The position numbers and the translations under genes were made by a program. A stretch of 64,000 nt of DNA from an uncultured Alistipes sp. (GTDB lineage: Bacteria > Bacteroidota > Bacteroidia > Bacteroidales > Rikenellaceae): the NCBI RefSeq assembly GCF_910580175.1, contig NZ_CAJTXD010000001.1:10597-74596 (forward strand). The letters are read 5' to 3'. Below are positions 1-7,391 of the stretch, piece by piece; position 1 is the first letter of the stretch; each line of letters opens with the position of its first letter. The notes beneath the pieces are model-generated. The model was not told the origin of the DNA, made no database searches, and saw only the letters and a list, made by a program, of their open reading frames with translations.

Positions 1-78
1 CTGGGTTTCGGTGTTGAGACCGAAATCGCGGAGCCGCTCGCCCAAAGCGCTGAAAAGTTCGATGGCATGTTCTTTCAT
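1..78 (-). CDS. N-terminal 26 codons of an unidentified protein that continues past the window edge
   Basis: ATG at 78 on the minus strand, open to position 1. Translation is MKEHAIELFSALGERLRDFGLNTETQ. Divergent from the nitroreductase gene and too short for the ORF track. Confidence 0.35.
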   Translation of the reverse strand, partial: MKEHAIELFSALGERLRDFGLNTETQ

Positions 79-201
79 GACGGCAAAGATAATATTTCAG
101 AACAAAAATATGGACTGCGGGACACGTTTCTCTGGAAAGAAATGTTGCTGGCGAGTGAGTGTTGCGCTATTTTTGCTGTTGTCCGGAAAAACGATCCGAC
201 C

Positions 202-804
202 ATGGAAAGAAGTTGCAGAGATGCTTTGTTGCGCCGTCGCAGCTATTATGCGTTGTCGGCCGATTCGCCGATTACCGATGCGCAGATCGAAGAAATCGTG
301 CGTTTTGCAGTCAAGCATGTGCCCTCGGCGTTCAACTCGCAGTCGACGCGCCTGGTACTGCTGCTGCACGAACACCATGCGGCGTTGTGGAAGATCGTGA
401 AACGCACCCTGCACAGCATGGTTGCCGAAGAGGCGTTCGCCCGCACGGCCCAAAAAGTCGATCGTGGATTTGCGGCGGGCTACGGCACGGTGCTTTTCTA
501 CGAAGATACGGCTGTCGTACGGTCGCTGCAACAGCGTTTTCCGCTCTATGCGGGAAATTTTCATGACTGGTCGGAACATACTTCGGCCATGCACCAGCTG
601 GCGGTCTGGACTCTGTTGGAAGATGCCGGTTTCGGGGCGTCGTTGCAACATTACAACCCGCTTATCGACAAGGAAGTGCGCACGAAATGGCACCTGCCCG
701 AAGAATGGCGGCTGATTGCTCAGATGCCTTTCGGATTGCCTGCGGGCGAACCTCCGGTAAAGAACTTCGAACCGGTCGAAGCCCGCATGCGGGTATTCCG
801 ATAA
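202..804 (+). CDS. nitroreductase family protein
   Basis: Part of ORF 67..804. Internal ATG at 202 gives MERSCRDALLRRRSYYAL, with RRS-x-R near the N-terminus and PSAFNSQSTRLVLL typical of the NADH/FMN nitroreductase fold. The upstream 45 codons look non-native. Confidence 0.85.
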   Translation: MERSCRDALLRRRSYYALSADSPITDAQIEEIVRFAVKHVPSAFNSQSTRLVLLLHEHHAALWKIVKRTLHSMVAEEAFARTAQKVDRGFAAGYGTVLFYEDTAVVRSLQQRFPLYAGNFHDWSEHTSAMHQLAVWTLLEDAGFGASLQHYNPLIDKEVRTKWHLPEEWRLIAQMPFGLPAGEPPVKNFEPVEARMRVFR

Positions 805-1098
805 TATTCATCGTTTGTTCTTTCGAAGCCTCTCGGTATTCGTTATATTCGTTTTTTTTGTTTTTGCCGGCGGATTAGTCTTTGTGCCGTCGGGTGCAAC
901 ATGGGTGGTTGCAAGAGTTTGAAAGCATAAAGAGCCTTGCGTGATGATTTATTTCGATTGCTTATAGCGGATTTTTCGGTGTAGCTGCTGCGTTTAGGGG
1001 ATTTTGACCGAGAGAACCGCGATAGTTTCGTAGATTTGGTTCTGGATGACAATTTCATCCATAAGATTAGGTTCGATACAAATACACGTGAAAGAAAT

Positions 1099-1143
1099 AA
1101 CAAAGAGAAGCCGAAAAGAATCTCTTTTCGGCTTCTCTTTGTT
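1099..1143. terminator. perfect 21-bp hairpin, bidirectional intrinsic terminator downstream of the XRE gene
   Basis: AACAAAGAGAAGCCGAAAAGA (1099-1119), loop ATC, TCTTTTCGGCTTCTCTTTGTT (1123-1143). A/T runs lie on both sides. Confidence 0.7.
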
Positions 1144-1187
1144 TCTCAATGTGGCAATTCTTCAAAAATCAATATTTGCTTTATATT

Positions 1188-1415
1188 CTATTTTTCATAA
1201 TCGATGTCATGAAAAAAGTCCTCTAAAGAAATATTGTAGAAATTACATAAAACGGTCAACAAAACTACCGTAATATTTGTCGTTCCCACTTCATACAAAC
1301 CTACGTTAACTCCGGTTTGATCGGTAACCACTTCTTGAGTATAGCCCCGTTCAATCCGCAGCTGCTTTAACCGACGTGCAATAGAGCGTAATAACGTATC
1401 GTTTGTGTGCTTCAC
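1188..1415 (-). CDS. XRE/Cro-C1 family helix-turn-helix transcriptional regulator (75 aa)
   Basis: IARRLKQLRIERGYTQEVVTDQTGVNVGLYEVG matches the HTH_3 pattern (L-R-x-x-x-G-x-T-Q-E-x-x-A/T). Monocistronic, with its own terminator. Confidence 0.8.
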   Translation of the reverse strand: MKHTNDTLLRSIARRLKQLRIERGYTQEVVTDQTGVNVGLYEVGTTNITVVLLTVLCNFYNISLEDFFHDIDYEK

Positions 1416-1493
1416 TTTGAATTTTTTGCAAAAAACACTCCGATTTCCGCTTTTTTGCTCCTATGATTTCGTAGGAATAAAGAAATATAACAC

Positions 1494-1542
1494 TATATTT
1501 GTTGGCGAATTACCAATGTTCATATTAATTATGCTAACTTTG
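1494..1542 (+). promoter_or_regulatory. two plus-strand Bacteroidota -7 boxes facing away from the XRE gene
   Basis: TAtaTTTG at 1494-1501 and TAacTTTG at 1535-1542. The palindrome TTTTTTGCAAAAAA at 1422-1435 is a possible operator. Confidence 0.4.
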
Positions 1543-1549
1543 CGATTAA

Positions 1550-1966
1550 ATAGTTCGGCATAGGCCGACGGACATAATTAAAGAGCAGCAACTCTTTATA
1601 CCGCAACAGAAAAATTAGGAACTTTTCAAAGGTTAAGGTATAAATGTTGCCAGCCCTTGGTATGTTCCGTCCAGAAATGGACGGGACTTGCAAGGGCGCG
1701 GTGCATTTCTTAACCTTGGGTCTTCCTAATACCTTCTGTTCGGAATGTTATCGCGTCCCTTGCTTTTTATTTCAACTCGGGCGCAATTACCAACGCTCAT
1801 TCCGGCGAGTTATGACGTCCGGCGCCCTCCGAACACCCCAAGACATAAGGTTTGTATCCTCGGCTTCCCGAGCCGCGGATGGACGCGGTATGCGGATTTG
1901 TTCGGAAGCCGGATGGCGTCAACCCCAACGACAGATGCTACGGCCCGATACCCCGAATTTTTTGTG
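1550..1966 (+). ncRNA. candidate structured noncoding RNA or long 5' leader (family unknown)
   Basis: No protein-like ORF on either strand. Nested and long-range helices are listed in the findings. Promoter-like boxes lie upstream, and a U-run (AATTTTTTG, 1957-1965) sits near the 3' end. Boundaries are approximate. Confidence 0.3.
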
Positions 1967-2049
1967 CAATTATTTATTGTATTTCAGCAGCTGCCAGACG
2001 CTCGGAAGCGATATGCCGGAGACTTTCGCTTTCAAAACATTCGATCCCC

Positions 2050-2961
2050 ATGACTGAGGTGCCCTATACCATCGGTTTTCTGGGCGGGTTCAGGGATTAT
2101 CGCCACAACTCGGATTTCATTGATAACGCACTCGATTATTATTGTGGGCGGCATGCGCGTTTGCGTGTCTTAGTGTCGCCGACAACCGAGGGCGAAACAC
2201 GCCTTGCAACACGCATTCTTGCAGCCCGGAGAAGTCGCCCGGAGATAGAGGTCGTTTCGGTCATTGCAACCGCACACCTGCGAAGCTATGAAAGAAGCGG
2301 CACGAGTTCGACGGTTACGCATCGCAATCGGATAATTGCAGCATCCGACCACTATGTTGTACTCAATGAAACATCTTGCGGCGGCTATACGGAACAACTC
2401 TACAATCTGTTCGTCGAGCAATGCGATTTGATTCTCTATAATTGCGTGCAGGATGCGAAAAAGGATCGACTGCTGTCGCATGTTCGACAATTTAGCGTTC
2501 CGGTTCCGATAGCGTTTCTTCCGAAGTTTACAGCGGCCGCAACGGACATCGAAAAAGTACTCGATGCAAGTTTGAACTTCATTCGGTCCAATGACTTTCG
2601 CGTGCCGGCCGAGAAACTGCCGCAGGTGTTTCTGTGCAGCTGGACGTCGCAGCCCGGGCAGGAGCGTTATGCCCATATTTCCAGCCTGGATGACGTGGCT
2701 GCCGTATTTCGACTGGACGACAAAAACATACAACTTAAAGTATTCGCCTATGCGCTGGCTGTTCATGCGAACTTCTGGGCCGACCCGGAATGCTGCGATG
2801 CCGACAGTGTGCATGTGCTCTACCGTCTCTTTTGCCGGCAGCTCGACCGGATTGCCCTTGCCCGCGCATCGGGACAACCGTCCGAACGGTTCGAGTTGTT
2901 CGACTTCGACCGACAACTGAAAGATATTTACCGCCAATCGCGCGTGGCCGTCCGACCATAA
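2050..2961 (+). CDS. hypothetical protein with an N-terminal SLOG-like (YpsA/DUF1273-like) domain and an unassigned C-terminal half
   Basis: In-frame ATG at 2050 within ORF 1852..2961 (MTEVPYTIGFLGG...). VLVSPTTEGETRLATRIL and RNRIIAASDHYVVL resemble the G-x-E...A and RN-x-x-hh-x-x-SD-x-hhh signatures of YpsA-type SLOG proteins. The upstream 66 codons are Cys/Arg-rich and not protein-like. Confidence 0.6.
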   Translation: MTEVPYTIGFLGGFRDYRHNSDFIDNALDYYCGRHARLRVLVSPTTEGETRLATRILAARRSRPEIEVVSVIATAHLRSYERSGTSSTVTHRNRIIAASDHYVVLNETSCGGYTEQLYNLFVEQCDLILYNCVQDAKKDRLLSHVRQFSVPVPIAFLPKFTAAATDIEKVLDASLNFIRSNDFRVPAEKLPQVFLCSWTSQPGQERYAHISSLDDVAAVFRLDDKNIQLKVFAYALAVHANFWADPECCDADSVHVLYRLFCRQLDRIALARASGQPSERFELFDFDRQLKDIYRQSRVAVRP

Positions 2962-3078
2962 AATCTCTTGAAATCTATTTATCCATCTCGTTGTCGAAGC
3001 CGATACCAATGCAGAGAATGAGGTAAACAGAAAAAGGGAGCGGAGTGCGAGGCTCATAACCTTGTGCCCGTTAAAATA

Positions 3079-3191
3079 CCCCGGTTTCCTGCCACCCGAC
3101 TTGAAGACCGGGGATGAGGGAACCTATTCATCGGCGGACTGCGCACTCTTGCAATCAAAACGCAGACCACGATGGAGTTCCCTCATTTTTA
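3079..3191 (+). terminator. compound stem-loops ending in a U-run; probable 3' end of the 2050-2961 transcript
   Basis: CCCCGGT (3079-3085) pairs with ACCGGGG (3107-3113). ATGAGGGAAC (3114-3123) pairs with GTTCCCTCAT (3177-3186) and is followed by TTTT. Confidence 0.45.
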
Positions 3192-3410
3192 TAAGTCCAA
3201 ATTAGTCCAACTCGTCTCCGACGAAATCAGCAAGACCTATGCAGAATAGCGATATGCTTTTTCGATAACCGAAAAAGCGATGATAATAACGTATAATTCG
3301 TTATCTTTACATCGAGGTCTTTATCAAGTGAAGGCTATTGTAAGACAGAGCGGAAGATCGGTTAACAAATCGTTACGCGGTAAAAGGCCACCTCGCCGCA
3401 ACTCGCTGAC

Positions 3411-3453
3411 CTACAAAAGAAAAGAGGATCGAATGATCGATCCTCCTGTTTTT
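3411..3453. terminator. bidirectional intrinsic terminator abutting the tRNA-Gly 3' end
   Basis: GAGGATCGA (3424-3432), loop ATGA, TCGATCCTC (3437-3445). It is followed by CTGTTTTT on the plus strand and TTTTCTTTTGT on the minus strand. Confidence 0.7.
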
Positions 3454-3454
3454 G

Positions 3455-3527
3455 AGCGGAAAACGAGACTCGAACTCGCGACCCCAACCTTGGCAAGGTT
3501 GTGCTCTACCAACTGAGCTATTTCCGC
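3455..3527 (-). tRNA. tRNA-Gly (anticodon GCC)
   Basis: Minus-strand sequence GCGGAAATAGCTCAGTTGGTAGAGCACAACCTTGCCAAGGTTGGGGTCGCGAGTTCGAGTCTCGTTTTCCGCT folds as a cloverleaf. The anticodon loop is TTGCCAA. CCA is not encoded. Confidence 0.95.
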
Positions 3528-3568
3528 AAAACAAACCCTCAAAAGGAAAAACTCCTGCTTTGGGACTG

Positions 3569-3576
3569 CAAATATA
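3569..3576 (-). promoter_or_regulatory. -7 box (TAtaTTTG) for tRNA-Gly(GCC)
   Basis: Plus-strand caaatata at 3569-3576, about 40 nt upstream of the tRNA 5' end on the minus strand. Confidence 0.5.
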
Positions 3577-3842
3577 AACCTAAAAATCAAAACATCAAAA
3601 TTATTTGACGAAAAATAAGCGGATGAAAAATATCTACCCAGCAAAATCCAAGAGCCAAACGCCGGTAAACCAAGACGAGCAATAGAATTGCCGGCCAGAT
3701 AAAAAGGATAAAATACTACCCAAACGAGAGAAAAAGACCGGGTTAAAAACAGCCGGGCGGCATAAAATGGAAAAAGGACAAGAGGCCTAAATATTTTTCG
3801 CATGCTCCTTTTAGCTCCCTATTTGGTGGCGTATGTAATGCC

Positions 3843-3872
3843 AAAATCTCCCGAATGATTTCGGGAGATTTT
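3843..3872. terminator. perfect 13-bp hairpin with flanking A/T runs in the tRNA-rho spacer
   Basis: AAAATCTCCCGAA (3843-3855), loop TGAT, TTCGGGAGATTTT (3860-3872). No convincing gene lies on either side. Confidence 0.5.
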
Positions 3873-4049
3873 ACACACACAAACATTGACAATAAGCAAC
3901 AAGGCATGGCCGAAATTCCATTGTTGCAGTTACAAAGATCGGTAAAAGTCGCGGATCGGACAATCGCTATTTTCAGGTATTTTTTCATTCGGATACTTGT
4001 GGAATTTCCTTCTTGCAGAGTTTTGTTTTTGTAATCCGAAAATATCCAT

Positions 4050-4133
4050 TATCTTTGCACAAGTAATTTTAGTGGGGATAGTCGCGTTCCGGGCATCTCG
4101 ATTCGGGTTTTGCTTCGGCTTGCACTATCTTTG
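4050..4133 (+). promoter_or_regulatory. two -7 boxes upstream of rho
   Basis: TAtcTTTG at 4050-4057 and at 4126-4133. The latter is embedded in CTTGCACTATCTTTG, 53 nt before the rho ATG. Confidence 0.5.
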
Positions 4134-4185
4134 CAGACAATCCATTGCCCGATGTCCGTCGGGTTTCAGAAAATCAGAGTTACAT

Positions 4186-5820
4186 ATGCAAGATTTGAAT
4201 GCGCTCCAGGGCAAAAGCATTGCTGAGTTGCGCGAAATAGCCAAGGCGCTTGGGATCGCCGATGTCAGCGTCAAAAAACGCGAATTGCTTGAAAAAATCG
4301 CAGTTACTGCCGGCGGCCCGAATCCGGATGCCGTTTCTGCGGCGCCGGAGGTGTCCGATGCACCTGCCGTGCCTGCCCTCCCGGAGCGTACCCGCAAAGG
4401 GCGCCGACCGCGTTTGGCCGATACCGATGAGAGTGTGTCCGGCGAGTTGTTCGCACGGGCGGATGCAGAGAGCGATCCCCTGCCGGAGCAGCCGCAGCCG
4501 GCGAAGCCTGAGCCAAGCGCCGGAACCGTTGCAGGTGCCCCCGAGCAGCAGGCTCCCAAGCGGCGCGGCCGCAAGCCCAAGGCTGCCGTGCAGGGACAGC
4601 CTCAGGCGTCCTCCCAGTCTCAGGCACCCCAGGTGCATGCCGTGCCGCAGGAGCCGTCCCACGAGCATGCCGCCGCCCAGGAGGTTATTACCAAGGACGA
4701 TTTTGCCGGCGAGATCGAGGGCGAGGGCGTGTTGGAGGTCATGCCCGACGGTTACGGATTCCTCCGTTCGGCCGACTACAATTACCTCAATTCGCCCGAC
4801 GACATCTACGTGTCGCCGTCGCAGATCAAGTTTTTCGGGTTGAAGCCCGGCGATACGGTCAACGGGGCTATCCGTCCGCCCAAGGAGGGAGAGAAGTATT
4901 TTCCGTTGGTGCGTGTGAACGAGATCAACGGGTTGAAGCCCGATTACGTGCGCGACCGTGTGCAGTTCGAGTATATGACGCCGCTCTTTCCGAGCGAGAA
5001 ATTCTGTCTCACAGGCAACGGACACAACAACATGTCGACCCGTATCGTCGACCTCTTCTCCCCCATCGGCAAGGGACAGCGAGCTTTGATCGTCGCCCAG
5101 CCCAAAACCGGTAAGACCATGCTTTTGCAGTCGATCGCCAACGCCATTGCCGACAACCATCCCGAGGTCTACATGATCGTGTTGTTGATCGACGAGCGGC
5201 CCGAGGAGGTAACCGAAATGGCGCGCAACGTCAAGGCCGAGGTGGTGGCCTCTACGTTCGACGAGCAGGCGTCGCGTCATGTGAAGGTCGCCGAAATGGT
5301 GCTCGACAAGGCCAAGCGCATGGTCGAGTGCGGCCACGACGTGGTTATCTTCCTCGACTCCATTACGCGTCTGGCCCGGGCCTACAATTCCGTGCAGCCT
5401 GCTTCGGGCAAGGTCTTGTCGGGCGGTGTGGATGCCAATGCCTTGCATAAGCCCAAACGGTTCTTCGGCGCCGCGCGCAATACCGAGGAGAAAGGCTCCT
5501 TGACGATCATCGCCACCGCGTTGATCGATACCGGTTCGAAGATGGATGAGGTAATTTTCGAGGAGTTCAAGGGCACGGGCAACATGGAGTTGCAGCTTGA
5601 CCGCAAGTTGGCCAACAAGCGTGTCTACCCTGCTGTCGACGTGATCGCTTCCGGCACGCGCCGCGAGGATCTGCTCTTGCCGCGCGAGGTCATGAATCGC
5701 ACCTGGGTGCTGCGCAAATATCTGTCCGATATGACACCTGTCGAGGCTATGGAGTTTTTGCAGAAGCAGATGGCTTCGACCGACAACAACGAGGAATTCC
5801 TCGCAACGATGAACCACTAA
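4186..5820 (+). CDS. rho: transcription termination factor Rho with a roughly 140-aa low-complexity insert in the N-terminal domain
   Basis: ATG at 4186 ([24 protein letters not shown], Rho_N). OB motif [15 protein letters not shown]...IYVSPSQI. Walker A PKTGKT. The C-terminus ends KRVYPAVDV...[10 protein letters not shown]. Confidence 0.95.
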   Translation: MQDLNALQGKSIAELREIAKALGIADVSVKKRELLEKIAVTAGGPNPDAVSAAPEVSDAPAVPALPERTRKGRRPRLADTDESVSGELFARADAESDPLPEQPQPAKPEPSAGTVAGAPEQQAPKRRGRKPKAAVQGQPQASSQSQAPQVHAVPQEPSHEHAAAQEVITKDDFAGEIEGEGVLEVMPDGYGFLRSADYNYLNSPDDIYVSPSQIKFFGLKPGDTVNGAIRPPKEGEKYFPLVRVNEINGLKPDYVRDRVQFEYMTPLFPSEKFCLTGNGHNNMSTRIVDLFSPIGKGQRALIVAQPKTGKTMLLQSIANAIADNHPEVYMIVLLIDERPEEVTEMARNVKAEVVASTFDEQASRHVKVAEMVLDKAKRMVECGHDVVIFLDSITRLARAYNSVQPASGKVLSGGVDANALHKPKRFFGAARNTEEKGSLTIIATALIDTGSKMDEVIFEEFKGTGNMELQLDRKLANKRVYPAVDVIASGTRREDLLLPREVMNRTWVLRKYLSDMTPVEAMEFLQKQMASTDNNEEFLATMNH

Positions 5821-5831
5821 TCCGATTGATT

Positions 5832-6602
5832 ATGAAAAAGTTATTGGTAATTGCATGCTGCTTGTTGGCTGCGCGCGATGTTCGGGCCTGGGGCCAGAAA
5901 GGCCATGATGTCACGGCCTATATCGCCGAATGCAATCTGACGCCCGAGGCCGCTGAAAAGATCGACAAGGTGCTGGGCGGCCATTCGTTGGTCTACTATG
6001 CCAATTGGCTCGACAATGCCAGTCATACGCCTGAATATGCCTACTCTGCCACGTGGCATTACCTCAATATCGACGAGGGGCAGACGCTCGAAACAGCGCA
6101 GCGCAATCCCGACGGCGATGTGTTGCAGGCGGTTACCGATGTGGTCGGAAAGCTCAAGAGCGGCAAGCTGCCGCCCGAGGAGGAGACCTTGGCGCTCAAG
6201 ATGTTGATCCACTTGGTCGGCGACATGCACTGCCCCATGCACACCGGGCGGTTGAGCGATCGTGGCGGCAACCGGCGTCCCGTGACGATGTTTTCCGAGA
6301 CTGCGAACCTACACTCCGTTTGGGATTCGGCGCTTCCCGAGGCGGCCCATCGCTGGAGTTACACCGAGTGGCAGGAGCAGATCGACCGCTTGTGCGACGA
6401 CGAGGCGATGCTCGTGCAGGCCGGCGAACCGCAGGATTGGCTTGTCGAGACGCACGAAATTTGCAAGGAGGTTTACGATTTCACGCCCGAGGGAGCCAAG
6501 ATTTCGTACGACTACGTGGCCAAGTATGCGCCCGTCGTCGAGCAACAGTTCCTGCGCGGCGGCTTGCGTCTGGCCCGCTTGTTGAACGAAATCTATCGTT
6601 AA
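5832..6602 (+). CDS. S1/P1 family nuclease, secreted
   Basis: Signal peptide MKKLLVIACCLLA, then mature WGQKGHDVTAYIAE and the HLVGDMHCPMH zinc-ligand motif. Confidence 0.9.
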   Translation: MKKLLVIACCLLAARDVRAWGQKGHDVTAYIAECNLTPEAAEKIDKVLGGHSLVYYANWLDNASHTPEYAYSATWHYLNIDEGQTLETAQRNPDGDVLQAVTDVVGKLKSGKLPPEEETLALKMLIHLVGDMHCPMHTGRLSDRGGNRRPVTMFSETANLHSVWDSALPEAAHRWSYTEWQEQIDRLCDDEAMLVQAGEPQDWLVETHEICKEVYDFTPEGAKISYDYVAKYAPVVEQQFLRGGLRLARLLNEIYR

Positions 6603-6750
6603 GTTCGGCATCCTCGCCGACCGTTCGATTCTTGCCCTGCGAAAAGCAGGGCTTTTTTGTGTCTTGTTCGGAATGTCAAGGTATTTGCCGGTAGTTTCTA
6701 TTCCGGTTTTGTTCGGGCTATGGTCTAATTTTGTATATTTAACTTCATTC

Positions 6751-6814
6751 AAGATACTCTCGCTCGGCAAAATGCAAGCGAGCTTGCTTTTACCCTCGTT
6801 TATTCGTATATTTG
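6751..6814 (+). repeat. 64-nt palindromic intergenic repeat, copy A (variant 1), ending in a -7 box
   Basis: AAGATACTCTCGCTCGGCAAAATGCAAGCGAGCTTGCTTTTACCCTCGTTTATTCGTATATTTG. Near-identical to the copies at 48271 and 57250. TAtaTTTG at 6807-6814 lies 15 nt before the DUF488 ATG. Confidence 0.8.
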
Positions 6815-6828
6815 AGTCTGATTTCGGT

Positions 6829-7380
6829 ATGGTTTCGACGATCTATTCGATAGGCCACGGCAACAAGCCGATCGGCGAGTTTCTGGAAGAGTTGGCGGGC
6901 TTCGGCATCGCCTACCTTGTGGATGTGCGGTCGCGTCCCTACTCGAAGTGGAATCCCGATTTCAACCAGGAGCCTTTGCGCCGGGTGTTGAAGGAGCATG
7001 GCATCGTTTACGGATTCATGGGCGATGCGCTGGGCGGGGTGCCTGCCGACCGTTCGTTTTACGATGCCGAGGGGCGGATCGAGTACGAGACCCTGAAGAA
7101 GTCCTCCGTTTTCATGGAGGGGCTGGAGCGTATATATAAGGCCGCTTCGCAGCAGTGCAAAACCGTCTTGATGTGCAGCGAGACCGACCCGGCGCAATGT
7201 CATCGCAGCAAGTTGATCGGCGCCGCGTTGCTTGACCGCTATCGTGTTTCGGTCAACCACATCGTCGCCCGCGACAGGTGTAAAATCCAGGAGGAGGTCA
7301 TGGCCGAGGTTACCCGCGGGGCGTCGGTGATCGATCTGTTCGGCAATCCAGTGGCGCTGACTTCCAAAAAGATATATTGA
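6829..7380 (+). CDS. DUF488 domain-containing protein
   Basis: ATG at 6829. IYSIGHGNKPIGEFLEELAGFGIAYLVDVRSRPYS is the family signature (iGHs...F...L...gI..lvDVRs.P.S). CHRS is present near the C-terminus. Confidence 0.9.
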   Translation: MVSTIYSIGHGNKPIGEFLEELAGFGIAYLVDVRSRPYSKWNPDFNQEPLRRVLKEHGIVYGFMGDALGGVPADRSFYDAEGRIEYETLKKSSVFMEGLERIYKAASQQCKTVLMCSETDPAQCHRSKLIGAALLDRYRVSVNHIVARDRCKIQEEVMAEVTRGASVIDLFGNPVALTSKKIY

Positions 7381-7391
7381 GCGATCGCACC

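Noticed and set aside
1550-1966. Whether the structured region is RNase P RNA, tmRNA, 6S or SRP RNA.
   Set aside because: On either strand I found no GGAAAGTCCGG-type P4 motif, no ACAGAA..CGGCTTA motif, no tRNA-like 3' end (GGTTCGA-TCC...CCA), no tag reading frame and no SRP GGAA/AGCAGC motif. This check was by eye only.
1644-2057. Plus-strand ORFs of 137 and 102 aa, and the 66-codon 5' extension of ORF 1852..2961.
   Set aside because: The translations are Cys/Arg/Pro-rich with no secondary-structure periodicity. Three frames are open over the same GC-rich stretch. The region is better explained as structured non-coding sequence.
805-3454. A classical tRNA-integrated genomic island or prophage.
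   Set aside because: No integrase, recombinase or phage genes are present. I could not find a direct repeat of the tRNA-Gly 3' segment (gaaaacgagactcgaactcgcgacc) near 805-1200. At most it is a remnant or a non-integrative insertion.
3280-3516. 78-aa plus-strand ORF.
   Set aside because: It is Lys/Arg-rich, crosses a strong terminator and runs antisense into the tRNA gene.
3743-3988. 81-aa Cys-rich minus-strand ORF in the tRNA-rho spacer ([31 protein letters not shown]...).
   Set aside because: A perfect 13-bp terminator-type hairpin (3843-3872) sits inside it. There is no convincing promoter and the downstream half is junk. It is probably non-coding.
4180-5817. 545-aa minus-strand ORF fully antisense to rho. 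Similar long antisense or out-of-frame ORFs occur at 8183-9346, 15646-16995, 23429-24997, 36254-38542, 41716-43287, 46764-48158, 53936-56050, 54183-55880, 56039-57211, 57325-58272 and 61116-62645.
   Set aside because: Their translations are Arg/Gly/His/Leu/Val-rich with no motifs. Each overlaps a gene with unmistakable family signatures on the other strand or frame. Long stop-free antisense frames are expected at this GC content.
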